A stretch of DNA of 64,000 nucleotides, from assembly GCF_009914755.1 (NCBI RefSeq), contig NC_060935.1, one strand, 5' to 3'. Origin of the DNA: the human T2T-CHM13v2.0 reference genome, Homo sapiens. The first letter of the stretch is position 1, and the number at the start of each line of letters is the position of its first letter. Positions 1 through 14,862 of the stretch are shown one piece after another. A program made the position numbers and the translations under genes. The notes beneath the pieces are model-generated. The model did no database searches and was not told the DNA's origin. It worked only from the letters and a program-made list of their open reading frames with translations.

Positions 1-633
1 TTTTATAGATGAGGGAGATAAGACTCAGAGAGATATAACTTGCCCAAGGTCACACAGCTAGGAGGGGACAGGTCAGGATTGGCAGAATCAGTCAGTAAAT
101 GTTAATTGAGCATCTGCTTGATGCCAGGCACTGTAGTAAGTGCTGGGTGTTCAATATTGACAAGAAAATTCAAGTCAGACCTCATCTATTTTCTAGAGAT
201 TGTCAGTTTATGTAAGAAGAGCCAGTGAAGAAAGAAAAAGATTAGTTGGAGAGATTTCTGTAGATACTGAGGAATACACTGTTTAGAGAAACCTGGGATA
301 GAGTTTTAAAGAGGTGGTGGTTAGCAACAAAGTATATAGCTGAGAGACTCAGAACGATTGAGAAGAAACCATTGAGTTAAGTAAGTAAAAAAGTAATGTG
401 AATTTAGTCACAAGAAAGCTGGAATGAAGATATTAATGTTTGGGCTGGTAGTTAATTGTGTTTAGTGGCAGGTACTCTATACAAATTTAAATATTTTCAC
501 AGTTATGGTCAGATTCATAGGAAAGATGATGGTATGACCCCTTGTAATGTTTTAATCTTTGGCTGGAAGATCATGGATGCTTTAAAATGCTTGCACTTTT
601 TAGTTTTTTCAAATTTAAAAAAATGAGCAGGCA

Positions 634-868
634 GACCGCCTGAGCTCAAGAGTTCAAGAGCAGCCTGGGCAACATGGCAAAACCCCTTTTCTATCCAAAA
701 AAAAAAAAAAAATTAGTTGGGCAAGGTGGTGTGCACACCTGTAATCCCAGCTACTTGGGGGGCTGAGATGGGAGCCTGGGAGGTTGAGGCTGCAGTGAAC
801 CTTGATCATGCCGCTGTACTCCAGCCTAAGTGACAAAGTGAGACCCTGTCTCAAAAAAAAAAAAAAAA
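634..868 (+). mobile_element. AluJ-like, 5' truncated
   Basis: Alu motifs, A-rich linker and tail. Confidence 0.85.
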
Positions 869-2337
869 GTGAGCATTATTTTTATAATTAGTGGGGACAA
901 GCATTCAACTGAAATGAGCTAATACTCAGGAAAATGTGGGTAGGCTAGTCTGAACTTGGGGTAGGAGAGAAGATAGTCTTATTTCAGTCCCTACTTGGTA
1001 AGAGCCACCTTGGTAGGTGTGTTCCTATCTTGGAAATGACTGGATTGTCACTGATGGAAACTGAAACTGTATGTACTGAAAGGTGGTATTTGCTTAACCT
1101 GAAGGATCAAGTTACTAACCCACCCTGAATGGTGGAGATACAGTCTTTGTTTTCCTGAACACTTGTTTTCTTAGAGTTTAATACATGAATTTAAGGTTTA
1201 AAAAAACCCAACAAACCACTGATAGAATTGTGTCATTTTAACTGCTTCTTTTGGCTTTATATCCTTCTTCCTACACATTGGTTCTATAGTTCCTCTCATT
1301 AATGGGTTTGCAACAGGCTTAGAGTTTCAGTTCAGTAAGACAAAATGGAAGTGCTGGATTTAGGTATAGCTGATCAACTTAAACACTTATAAATTCACCA
1401 TTGTTTTCGGTTCCCAATTTGAAGAGTGGAGACAGAAGTCAAGAAAATAAGCTTTTCTTATTCAAAGAATGATTCCCAAACCAATAGGATTTGCCCTAGG
1501 ATCAGTACAGACTTATTACAGTCTCCTAAACAGAGAGGAAAGAGTTGCGTAAATTCATCTAGCTTTTAGTTTAATTTCACTTAGCCCATAGGGATTCTGA
1601 GAGGAAACGATATTAATGTGATTCCTATTTCATCTAGGCACTGTAGCATAATCCTTCAACAAATTACCACATTTGATTCTCATATAATTCTCTAAAATGT
1701 GAATACCATATTACAGATGAGGAGAGTGAGACTCAGAGAAGTTAGTAACTTTCCAAGGTTGGAGAGCTAAGTGACAGAGCTGGGATTCAAACCTTTCTTT
1801 GTCTAACTCCAAAACTCCATGCTTGTGAAACTAATAGCACGGAGGACTGATTTATACCTTCAACTGAAAAAAAATGCCACAAGCCTTAGGTATTTGTTAC
1901 CTTAGAAGATGAGACTCTTGCTCTGAGTGTTTGTGCTCTGTGACACTGCCTCTAAATAAATGACAGTGATTTTTTAGTGTCTAATAGGATACCTTATATT
2001 TTCTTGCTTTAGAGATGTATGTTTTCATATTTTAGAATTTTTTGAAGATGTATATTGTCTATATTTACTTCAAAATGTTTGTGAAATGGTTACTATGTCT
2101 TAAATGTATCTCAAAATTGATGAAGCATGGCATATGCCTGTAGTTTTCACACATAAGTATCTTACCAATTTGTTGTGCACTTTTTCTTCCCAGCCTTCCC
2201 CATCTTATCCTATTATTTTTTTAAATATGATTTAATAAATAATTGAAATATATACTACCAATAAAATAACTCATTCTCTTTCATTAGTTAACATTACAGT
2301 GTACAGAAAAGCATTATGATGTAGAAAATTCAAATTG

Positions 2338-2663
<326 letters not shown>

Positions 2664-5600
2664 TCAGCAGATCTGAGCTTTAATTTTGGTTTTGTTAGCT
2701 ACTTGATGTGTAACTTGCTAGGCAAGTCACTTCCCCTCTATGGGCTTTAGTTTCCTCATCTGTAAAATGGAGGGGGAGGAGAAATTTTAAGCCCGTCTTC
2801 CTTGAATAGGTTGTATGCCTTCTTTCTAATTAAAAACATAGATGCCCTAGATGCCTTTCTTAAAAACTGTATTACTGCATTTTACAATATTTTCTTTTAA
2901 TCTTCCTTCTTTCCCTTCTTAATTTAGTAGAGAGGATAAATTATTTTTGGTATCCTACATTTACCAGGACAGCATATCTTAGGAAGCAGGGACCCAGAAA
3001 ATAATGAATGAGTGAATATATGTTTTATTTGAGCTAATGAAAAATTTTTTAAATAAAGTACCGTCAAAAAGATGTTGAAGTTTCATTGAAAAGTAGTTCT
3101 ACCTAAAGAATGAAACGTGTTTAGTAAAGTTCAATTGGTCTGTTCTGTATTGGATAGATGTACAAAGAAGAACACTCTTGAACTTGTCTTTAAGAAGCCC
3201 TCTTACTAGTAGGAGAGGCAAGCTTCTAAACTTTGTATTATGGAAAATTGACAGCAATAATACACACATCACCAACTTTAAGAGTTACTAACTTGTGGTC
3301 AGTCTTGCTTCATCCATACCTCCATCCACTTCCTTCTTTATTTTGAAGCAAATCCCTAGACTTTTTTTTTTTTTTTTAACCAGTTGTTACCATGCAGTGT
3401 GATAAGTATAATAATAGACATGTTAATCCAAGTGAGGTGCAAATTTGTTCATATAAATATATTTTGAGACTTGAGCATTATACTGTTCTGGGCACGAGAA
3501 ATTAGATATAGTAAGCTACTGTAGGGCAGGGATAATATAATTGAAGAGACTGTACATATGTGAAACAGAATGTAGCAACACTGGATCATGTGCCAAAATT
3601 GGTGGTAGAGACTCTTAAGTGGGAACTGACATTATTTTAGAATGAAAGTAGAACTTAAACAAGTGGCGATAGAGAGAAAGAACATTCAGGGATAAGGTGA
3701 GGGTAATCACATGGATAAAGCGTGCGGTTAGGAAATCTAATTTTGGCGCTATAGAATAAGTTATATCTAAATCTGTATCTCTCTATCTTTATCTTTTAGA
3801 CTACTACAACATGTAATTGGCATACTGTAGATGTTATATCAGAACTTGAACAAAGCCGGTTGCTGTAGCAGAAATTAGGACACACTACTTTGTGAATATA
3901 TCACTGTTCGTGGTTAATTTTTTGGCACGTTCTGTTAAAAAGCCTTCTAAATATCTTAATACCACATGTATTAATGGATCCATTCTTGTTAGAATGTTTG
4001 TGGGTTTGTGCCATCAGCTTTGGTGTGCAGTTGTGTGTGTGTGTTTAACTTAAATGTTAACTATTTGACAATTTTAAGATTATTTTGAAATATCTAGTTT
4101 AGATCATTCTTGTCTTACATGAAATTTTTTCCAGAAATGTTGGCATAATTCATGAGAAATCCTTGAATTTAGGGAATTGTTACCATTATAGCTTATTTTG
4201 AAGTATTCTGAGAATAAAATCTTAAAGTATATTCCCTAATGCAGAAATTGCTTGTCAAAGGTCATGAACTTCTCTGAGCATCTCCTCAAAGTGTTGTGCT
4301 ATCTCATCAGAAAAATGTACGTTCAAATATCCTTGGGGGGTCTGTGGATTCTGTCTTAATAATTTATTCTTTAATGTGTAGGCAGAAAGCATACTGCTAA
4401 AATTCAACTCAATTATCTTTCTGTGTGTTCTGCTTGCCTTTTACAAACAAGTGTTTTTAATTATTAAGAGTGATAAAATGATAAAGCTTATTATTGCAAA
4501 TGCCTAATTAAAAAATTAGACATTCTTAATTGAATTCTTGGGGAAAAACAAGCTGTAGCCAGTTTAATAAATAGGAATTATTTCACTAAAGATTTTGGAA
4601 TAAGCATGTGGTACTTTATTTATGGCTCCTGTCCATCCTGGATTAACAGGAAGTAGAATATATGACATATGAATGAATAAATGCATAAATACCTTTTTTT
4701 CCCCCAGAAGTAAAAACTTTGACTTACTGTGTCCTTAGGCAGTTAAGATCTGTGGAGGAAAGGATCTGCTAAAGTATTTTGAGGTTCACATCTGTGTTGA
4801 AACAACCAGAAGTAATGCAGGAGCTTAGAAACTGTTTTTGGCTGACAAAGGATTGATTCTCAGTGGAGCCCTGAGATACAAGTGCTCATAGTTCACTTAG
4901 TTTGAGGAATGGCCCTAAATGAGTTTCTTAGAAATAGGTGGTTTTAAAAACTTGTGGATTGTAATTAAAATGTAATTATGATAATGATTATGAGCATAAG
5001 CAGAATTCTCAGGAGATAGGAACAGGTGAATTAGCTGGTAATGGGACATTTGACCCCACAGAGCTGTGCACAGACTGTTCGAAGTTCAGTGAATATTAGG
5101 TGAATTGCTTTAAAGTGATACCCTTGTGACCTGTTGGAGTTAATAATTTTTCAAGTACCTAATCTACTAGTAGGAAACAACTTATTCCAATACATAGTAG
5201 TAAAAATACAGACTGTGAAAGCCAGAAGAGATTTTAACAATCAGTGATCTGGCCTCTCCTTCAATAAATTTAAAGAGTGATCAGAGAGGTTGACTTGCCT
5301 AAGGTCTGTTGGTTATGGCAATCCCAACAGCGTTGTTTCTCATTACCTGATTTTTGGTAAGTCTATTGTGCTTATTTATTTTGTTTGTCTTTTCATTCTG
5401 GATCTCAGTATTTGGAGAAGGAAGTATATTAACTTTAGCATGGTAACTAGATTATTGGTAAATTGGCTAAGAATTCCCTGAAATGTTATACCATAATGTT
5501 TTTACTTTGCCATCATATACTCCTTCCATCTTTAACATAATAACCCATAGTTACAAGATTTATTAGGGTAGGCGTGTTTTAGGAGCTTAATTCCATTCCA

Positions 5601-6583
5601 CAGTTGGAAACAGATATTAAGAATCCACAGTTCTTAAAACATTTTCCTCATGCTTTTTTATACCTTTCTAGGATGATCTTTGCCTAACAGCATTTAGTTG
5701 CAAGCTGTGTCTATGAACTTGGCAAAGTTTTAAAAATAAACTAGGAAAAGATTTTTGAGAAGAGAGTTTGTTATGGGATTTAGTCATTTAAATACATTCC
5801 TAAAAGCTGTTTTTTCCCCACTCAAAACTAGACACTGGAAGGATCATTGACATCCAGGTTCAAAGAAGTTACTGCTTACATGACTGATCCCGATTCTGAG
5901 TTCTTTTGCCACATTTGGTTCATGTGGAAAGGCTGGCTGGGGCTAAGACTTGCCCGTACATTAGCGACATCATAGCCAGAGTGAGGACCCTTAGAACAGT
6001 GCCTGTCAAGCTTTTTTAGTCCTAGCCTTTTGGCTGAGTCATTCTTTAGCTCAATAATTTCTACTTTCTAATGGAATAATAACACTTGTCAAGGTATAAG
6101 CATTTTTTGGGAAGAGCTATATGGATGGTTCCTAATTGAATCACAAAAAATATGCTTGTCATAAAGTCTAGACTAATTAGAAAACTGCAGGCCTCAAATC
6201 CTAGTGATGGAATTGTATCAATATATTCTCTACAGTTATAATAAAATAACCAAAAACTAAATTGATAACGATGAGCCAAACCTAATGGTAATTTAATTAA
6301 AAGGCAAGAATAATGACAATTGAAAACGAAGACCAACTAAAGACAACACAGTTTCACTGATGGCAAGTGCCCCTCTTGAAAGTTACGGACTTCTACGTTT
6401 TGAGTATGCATATGTGGTAGGAGCTTGCAGCATTGCCAGTTGCAGCAACTGGATATACTAGTGGAATACAAATTGAAGTTTTTGGTACATTCTAGTAAAG
6501 TCTTCATTTTTGCAACTCTTGGTAACTAGCTTAATAGTTTATTCATAAGTAGCTTTATGGATTAAAGGAAGGTCATGTTTTCT

Positions 6584-6860
6584 TTTTTTTTGAGACTGAG
6601 TCTCGCTGTGTCGCCCAGGAGGGAGTGCAGTGGTGCGATCTCCGCTCACTGCAAGCTCCGCCTCCTGGGTTCATGCCATTCTCCTGCCTCAGCCTCCTGA
6701 GTAGCTGGGACTACAGATGCCTGCCACCATGCCCAGCTAATTTTTTGTATTTTTAGTAGAGACGGGGTTTCACCGTGTTAGCCAGGACGGTCTCGATCTC
6801 CTGACCTTGTGATCCACCCGCCTCGGCCTCCCAAAGTGCTGGGGTTACAGGCATGGCCAC
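6584..6860 (-). mobile_element. AluY-like
   Basis: gcaagctccgcctcc...gccattctcc diagnostic; TSD gaaggtcatg(t/c)tttct. Confidence 0.92.
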
Positions 6861-8729
6861 GAAGGTCATGCTTTCTAAATCATTTATAGTCCATCAGGAG
6901 GCTTGGCCCTTTCTTGGAAAATCATTACTTTTGAAGGCTGGTTTAGTAATCCTTGAGCTTCTCATGAGCATTATTTCCCTAGCTGTGTTGGGACATTTAT
7001 GAAGAGCAGGGCTTAGATAGAATTTAGTGGGTCTTTTTTTTGTTTTTTACCTCAGGACATTTGTAATCTTTGATATGCTAATATACATCTTTAATCTGGT
7101 TGGGATAAAGCATATAGTTTCCTAGCACCATTTACCACAAATGCTGCCTTGGAGGACTGAGTCCTGTTTTTAGGTTCAGGCTTGAGAACAAGATTCAGAA
7201 GGCAGCCATAAGAAAGTGACACAAGAAAAATAGAAAATACAGCATATATATGAAGCATACATAATTTACCTTTGTTAATCTTGGGCGAAGCGGTATGTAG
7301 TATATATGTAGTGTTCAGGGTAAATATGGTATGTTTTCCTATAACATCGGTTTTACTTCAGTAATTTGAAATATTTTATATAAATCTTCAGGTATATTGT
7401 GAAGTCAAATTTTATAAATTTTTTTTAGCAAAAAAGATATTGCAATTCTGTTATAAAAGTTTGAAAAGCTCTGTCTTTGGTAGTACAGTTAAAATATTAG
7501 TATATCTTTGTATATTGAAATATGTGTTTCACTTCTCTGAGTCTGAAAGTGTTAGGATTAAAATTTCATGTCTTAATATGAAAACATTATTATTAAGGTA
7601 AAAAGTGATCAAGCACAATAGTTTACCTAAAAAAAGAGTCATGTATGACTTACGGGAATTACTTTATTTAAAAAAACTGTTTTCTTCCCCTAGAAGGAAA
7701 TTGAATACATGTTTTTGCAAGCAGCAGACTGTTTTTTCCCCCTCCAATTTCTCTAACTTAACTAATTGTTAGAACTATTTACTTTTTTGTTATTTTGGGT
7801 GCTTCTTCCTGTTTATTATTCAGTGTTATCAAGCTGTGTGTTAACAAGAACACAGCCCACCTTCTGTAGGCTTTATAGTAGAGAAGTTACCCTACTGGTT
7901 CTGGCCTTAAGGACAGAAACAGAAACAAAGGAAAATGTATATTATTGAAAAATTTGTTTTCTGATCAGCAGATAATTTTAGTGCTACAAAACTGACATTT
8001 CCTCTCTCATAGAGTAGAATTTGACTTTTTAAAGGTGTCTTTATGTTTGATTTTTACATCACTCAGAGGAATTCTGAATCTTATTTTTCTCAGTGTGTAA
8101 CATTTCCCAGGATAGTAAGATCCTAGAAGCATTTTAACTCTTGTCAAAGTGCCATGCTTATGGAACAGCATCATTATATGAAACAGTTGTATAGTGGCCT
8201 AAGAACTAATGAACGTCTTTAGATTCCTTACTACCGAGAAGTGCCTTGGGGGGAAGTATTGGGGAAAATAGGATATAGACAGTTAAATATTGGTAAATCA
8301 GTGCTTGTGTAGGCAAACAAAGTGGCCATTATATCTACTTCAATGGGTACTTACCACAGGGTTGGACACTAGCATCTTTTATTGAAAAAAGAAATGTTAA
8401 CCAGGATGCTACAGCTGATCTTTATTTGTGGAAAATGCTCAATAAGCCTTAATTTTTGAAAAAGGAAAAAGGAACCCACTGTTATTAGGAGCTTGACTAC
8501 ACTAAATAATTTGTACACTTTGGGTTTGCATTTTGGCTCTTTTTTTGTTGCTTATAGATTTCTTTCAGGTGAGGTTTTCTTTTTTGAGATAGGTTCTCAC
8601 CCTGTTGCATAGGCTGGACTCAAACTCTTCGCCTCATGCACTTCTTCTGCTTCAGCCTCCCAAGTAGTTGGGCACACAGTTGTGTGCCACTGTGCCTGGC
8701 TCAGAGGATGTTTTCTTTGATGTTGAGTC

Positions 8730-9158
8730 TGTCTTAGTCCATTTGTATTGATATAAAGGAATACCTGAAGCTGGGTAATTTGTAAAGAAAAGAGGTTTAT
8801 GTGGCTCACAGTTTTGCAGGCTGTACAAGAAGCACGGCATCAGTATCTGCTTCTGATGAGGGCCTCAGGAGGCTTCCACTCCTGGTGTAAGGTGAAGGGG
8901 AGCAGGCATCACACAGTGAGAGAGGAAGCAAGAGAGAAAGAGGAAGAGCTGCCAGTCTCTTTTCAACAGCCAGTTCTTGTGGCTGAGAACTGAGCCAGTT
9001 CTCACTATGAGTGAGAACGCTTAGTGGCACCAAGCCATTAATGAGGAATCTGCCCACATGACCCAAACACCTCCCACCAGGCCCCACCTCCAACATTGGG
9101 AATCAGATTTCAACATGAGACTTGGTGGGACCAAACAAACCATATGTAAACCATAGCA
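8730..9158 (-). mobile_element. MST-family (MSTB-like) MaLR solo LTR
   Basis: tgtcttagtccattt...ctgggtaattt...acctcccaccaggccccacctccaaca...ccatagca. Confidence 0.85.
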
Positions 9159-9663
9159 GTCTTAATCAAAACATTAAGTGATGATTGCAGTTACCAAAAT
9201 ATAGTAGGAAAAACACTGGAGGATTGGTTTTCAATGCTTCAGATGGGAATCTATCAGAAAATCTTAATGGATATACTTAGCTCGAGGCTTCTTCATAATC
9301 TAACTTCTGTAAAACAAGTTGTCTTGCTTTTGACTAGAGGTGTGTCAACTCCAGATGGTAATGCTGCAGAACTTTGCTCCTTAGTTCAGCTAAAACCAGG
9401 TTCAGGAGTTCATAGTTAATTGAACATGGGAAAGTTAATTGAACATGGGAATGTGAAATTCTCGTTCAGTAGATGAGGTTATTGGGTAGACAGAATATTT
9501 CAAAGTGTGAGATCCATGAGTCCATATTTTTAAAATGGGTTTTGAGTGGCTAAAAAAAACAGTAAGAAACAACTCTTCGTTGTACCGTAGTCCTGTGAAA
9601 TAGGTCCAACATGGGTTGGTGGTTGACAGTCTCAAGAGTAACAGGCAGTTACTTGATGCTGTT

Positions 9664-10154
9664 TGTGACAGACTGTATTTTCTAAGGATGGTTGCAACAG
9701 TATTTTCCATCGCACATGTGTGAGCTTGTACAGACCCTAACTGTTCTCTCATTCTGAGGTGGGATTTAAGTCCCTTGAATTTGGGCAGTCTTGTAAATCA
9801 CTTGTAGCCAATAGAATGTGGCAGAAAATTACACTGTATGACTTCCAAGGCTAGGTCAGAAAAGGTGAGAGAGCTTTTGCCTAGCTCACAAGAATACTGG
9901 TCTTTAAGCCATTAGCAGCTTTGTAAGTATCTGACTATTCTGAGGTCCCCATGCTATAAGGAAGCCCAAACTATCTCATGGGGAAAATCGAAGAGGCTAA
10001 AGTCCGGAGCTAGAACTGCTCAGCCAGAATTGCTTAGCTGAGCCCTTTACAAATTCCTAACTCATAAAAATTGTGGAAGAAAATAAAATGGTGGTTGTTT
10101 TAAAACACTAAGTTTTAGAGTGATTTTGTTATGTAGTGATAGGTAGCCAGAATA
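9664..10154 (+). mobile_element. MLT1H-like MaLR solo LTR
   Basis: tgtgacagactgtattttctaaggatgg...tgacttccaaggctaggtcagaaaagg...AATAAA...ctaagttttagagtg. Confidence 0.75.
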
Positions 10155-10668
10155 CTCCATTCCATACTACTTTCCCATCCATACTTTTAAATTCTGTGCT
10201 TTTTTATTATTATTATTATATCAAGTTTTTGAACAAAGTAGTGGGCAAGAGTTTCTCTGAGTTTGTGACAGGATTATGTTATGTGCTCTTCTTCACTTGT
10301 AGTCTTTTCTGCAAAATAATACAACCCAAGCCTCATCCCTGCATATCTTAATGGGCTTTCCTTTTAGAAATACAGATTTTTAAAAATATATATCTTGAAA
10401 AAGGCTATAGGTCATGTCATCCTTTTGCATTCAGCCTCTGGCATATCTGTATTTCTGAAGCCTGGCATTAATGTGTTGTTTTGTTCATGAAGATATTATT
10501 GTATCAAACAAGCATTTGTTGGCCATTTTACAGTGTGTCAGTAACAATAGTAGTAGTGAAATCATAGACAACGAATATTTAGACTGTACTGCTTTCCCAT
10601 TGATGTCTTTCTCATTTATACTTCATTTTTCTGAATGTTTGTGGAATATTGGAAATCATTGTTTAAAA

Positions 10669-10878
10669 CAGAGGTTGGCAAACTATGGCCTGCAAACTGT
10701 CTTCCTGTTTTTTTAAAGTTTTATTGGAACACAGCCACACCCATTCATTTATTTATTATCCATGGCTGCTTTTCTGGTACAGTGGCAGAGCTGAGAAGTT
10801 GTTGCTGAGATTGTATGGTTCACAAAGTGGAAAATACTTGTTACTTGGCCCTTTACAGAAACCTTTGCCAGCTCCTGG
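10669..10878. mobile_element. MER58A-like relic
   Basis: cagaggttggcaaactatggcc...aaagttttattggaacacagccac...tttgccagctcctg. Confidence 0.75.
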
Positions 10879-10915
10879 TTTAGACTGTTTCTTAGAAGTT
10901 GATTATCCTTTTTAC

Positions 10916-11220
10916 TTTTTTAGTTTTTTACTTTTGAGGCAGGGTCTCACTCTGTCACCCAGGCTGGAGTGCAGTGGCACAATTATGGCTAACTGTAGTC
11001 TCAACCTCCTGGGCTCAAGTGATCCTTCCACCTCAGCCTCTCAAGTAGCTAGAATCACAGGTGTGCACCACTACAACTGGCTTATTTTTGTATTTTTTTT
11101 TTTCAAGGTGGGGTTTTGCCTTGTTGCCAAGGCTGGTCTCAAACTCACGGGCTCAAGCAATCTGCCCACCTTGGCCTCTCACAGTGCCGGGATTACAGGC
11201 ATGAGCCACTGCACTCAGCC
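10916..11220 (-). mobile_element. AluJ-like
   Basis: Antisense Alu dimer. Confidence 0.9.
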
Positions 11221-11406
11221 AGTTCCCCCTTTTAAAGGGACATTTATTTGAAGTTATTTTTTCTTCTACTTTTAAAGACATGCAATCTAATGAATATTAA
11301 AAGATTATTTAACGTAACTTTCTATCTGCTGCTTGAATTTCTTTCAGTACTCCTACCATATGATCTTCCAGCTGAAAGGGATAAGATAATGAGATAAGCA
11401 GAATTA

Positions 11407-11791
<385 letters not shown>

Positions 11792-11844
11792 CTAATATTT
11801 TGTTATTTGTCCATTTGCTCAAAACTGTCTCTTCATTGGTAAGT

Positions 11845-11988
11845 TTTTTGTTTTTTTTTAACAATTTTTCATAGAGATGGGGTCTAGCGATGTTGCCCAG
11901 GCTGGTCTCAAACTCCTGGCCTCAAGTGATCCTCCTGCCTGGGCTCCCAAAGTGCTGGGATCACAGGTGTGAACAACTGTGCTTAGCT
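11845..11988 (-). mobile_element. Alu monomer (FLAM-like)
   Basis: Antisense left-monomer sequence only. Confidence 0.75.
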
Positions 11989-13592
11989 TCATTGGTAGGT
12001 TTTGACTTTGAATTTGTTTACTTGCAGAAGGCACAGAAGAGCCAATTTTAATAGAAAAAACACGTAAATGGGCTGGACTTCCAGGTATAGCTATAGGTGG
12101 TAGAAATTTTTAGGTAGCTGGATTTAATGGTTAGATATTCAATTTGAGACTTTCCATTGCAGTACTTAGTTTCCCTAAATAAATGTGTAGCAGCTAAAAC
12201 ATGGAACTAAAAGTCCTTACAAATATACCTGTTGTGAGTTACTGGGTTTGTACAATAAATGATGATACAGAAAGATGCATACAAGTAGAGCCAGTCTAGA
12301 CTTGACTGCAGTACTATATTGTGTATTGTACTATATTTGTATATTCTATGTACTTTATTGCTTTGTGAACATGGTGAACATTGTGAATGAGGTGAATCTC
12401 ACAGGAGATAGAAGAAGGTACATCCATTTCCAAGATCAACATTATCTCGAGAGGGAAAGTAATTTTTCACATTCCATTCAGGAAATCCATCCTGTTAGAG
12501 TCCCGTTAATTATTTGTTTCATACATAAGTAACCATCTAATGTTTTTAATACATTTTCCATCTAATAAAGAAATGGAATGAATTTAAGTAATAAAGATTA
12601 GTAAAAGAAGGAAAACATAGGTTGAGCATCACATTAAAAATTTTTAGACTATTTCTGAAATATTACAGATCAGACTGACAGCTGAAGGACCATACTGAGA
12701 ATCATTACCATAGAAGTAAAGGGAAGATGCATAAGGAAATGTAATTGTGTGCCCAGTCTTTTGTGTTTATTTTCACAAAAATGCTATAAGGTGGAGTTGG
12801 GTGGGTTGGATGTTTTATCTGTATTTTAAAGATAAAGAAACTGCAGACCCAAACAGGTAAGCAAGCTCAACAGCAAGGTAAACAGGTGAGTTTAGATTCT
12901 AACCTAAACCTGCTAGACTTGGAGTCCCAGGGATTTCTATTGTGTCTTGGTGCTGGATTATCTGAAAGGCTTGTTTCTATAAAGGGCCTACCTTATTTAG
13001 GAAGGAGCAGTTTATAAGCTGGGCCTCATTTCATTCAGTATTGAAAATGTTTTCACTAAACATTTAGTTTCCTAATAGCTCACTAGTCTGTGTACTTTAT
13101 TGCTTTGTGAACATGGTGACCATTCAAGTTTAAGGCATTTAAGTTACAGTATATATTTTCAAACTGAAGTGATCCATAGGATTACCTTGGTATAGGAATT
13201 TGTAGAAACATGTTTGAATGTATTATTAGTCTTAAGCAAGACCGCAAATCTTCTTGTTTTCTACCTTACCTTATTAACTCTACTGCCTTGGGGGTTTTTT
13301 GTTTCTAATATTTCAATAAAAGATTCTATCTAGGTAAGATCTCTCTGTGGATCAGGTAGGGTGGAGTTGGAAATAAAGCCACTGATCTTTGATATGTGCG
13401 TCTTACCTGAAAATGATGTCTTTTTATTCAAATTGATAGTGACAATAATTAAATCCACCTAGAAGATGGTCTTCTGAGTAGTGTTCTAAGGTTGACAGTA
13501 GACTTTTCTCCCTCTTGTTTTGGCTGCCTCTGGAAATGGCCCTCAGGGAAATCCTGGTAAAGTCTAATTGCCTTTAGATTTTAACTACCTGA

Positions 13593-14017
13593 TTTTTTTT
13601 TTTTTGTTTTTTGAAATGCAAGATCTCACATATTTATTATTGAACCCAGCCAACTGGCACCTTCATAGCACATACAGAGAGAAAAAATATATTCCCAATA
13701 AGACGTGTCCAACTGTCCAGATAGTGGTGACATTTTCAGCTTGATATGGTAACATGGTTGTGATCTTGACATAGCATAAGTATGTGTGCCATCTCATGTG
13801 CAATTCTTTATAGACCCAGTCTGGTTCTTCTCCAGTGTTTCCTTTTGGAGTTGTACCTGATTTTATTACCAGTTTTCATCTAAATCCACTGGGAGTGGGA
13901 CAATTTTTTGCTTTTGTTTCTTGGCCAGGAAACACTTAATCCGGAAACTCTTGTGAGAAGACATGGTGAGAAGCCAAGTCGAGCACACACAATGATGGTG
14001 GAGAAAGGAAGAGAGAG
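13593..14017 (-). pseudogene. RPL39 processed pseudogene
   Basis: Minus strand: pyrimidine 5' leader, ATG at 13964, MSSHKSFRIKCFLAKKQKQ then frameshift (157 nt vs 156), 3' UTR with AATAAA, poly(A). No introns; CCTGA-T-run duplication at 13588 and 14018. Confidence 0.95.
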
Positions 14018-14862
14018 CCTGAATTTTTTAACAGTAAAATTTCTATACTGAGTTGCTAGTTTGGCCCATCAACTTTTAATGCAATGATGTGGAATTTTTA
14101 AGGATTCTCAGCAAGAGGTTGTCTTATTTCATATGTTAAAATTTTCTGTGGAGCAGATTTTTGTCCATTGTATGCAGTTAGTAAAAGCTGAGGCCTTGTA
14201 GTGGAGACTGCTGTTGTTTCCTCCTGTCGTGAGTCATACAGCTTTAGAACTGGGTAGGACCTTTCAGATCATCTATTTTAACCCCTTCACTTTCTCTGAA
14301 CTTCTCTTCTAGCGCTGTGCACTCAATTCTCATTCATGATGTGATGCCTTGACCTCGCTGAAGGACAAGTAGAAACTTTATGTGCCTTCTCTAAAAGTGG
14401 GATTTAGTTAGAAGATTTGGTTCCAATTTCACCCTACCCGTATAGACGTGCTGAGGGACCTCAGGCAAGAAAAGTTATTAAGGAGACTTTTGGAAAATAG
14501 TATCTGAAGGCATGAGAGAGAGACAGTTTGTGCTAAATAAATTTTTCTTTCCCTTTCTTCCCTTAACTATGTATTTTTCTCCTCACTGGTGAGTCTTCTT
14601 TAAAACTTCATTCTTATTCTACCTGGCTGACCCATGGAATTTCCTCTCATTTCCTTTCCGCATACCCCACTTCTTATATATTTGTTCATAATTTGTCTTA
14701 CTGCTTAGCAAGTATCTGAAATAATCAGCTAACATTATGTTAAAAGTTTTAATTAATTTGAGTTGTTTTAAATTCTAATACAGAAAAAGGAATTCTCATT
14801 TCTCGGCACCAAAAAGCTGCCGTTTAAAAAAAAGTGGTAATTTTTTGTGCTTTTTAAAAAAT

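Noticed and set aside
6130-6420. A-rich segment with several CpGs as a foreign insertion
   Set aside because: No TSD, tail or recognisable homology; a BLAST search would be needed to support it.
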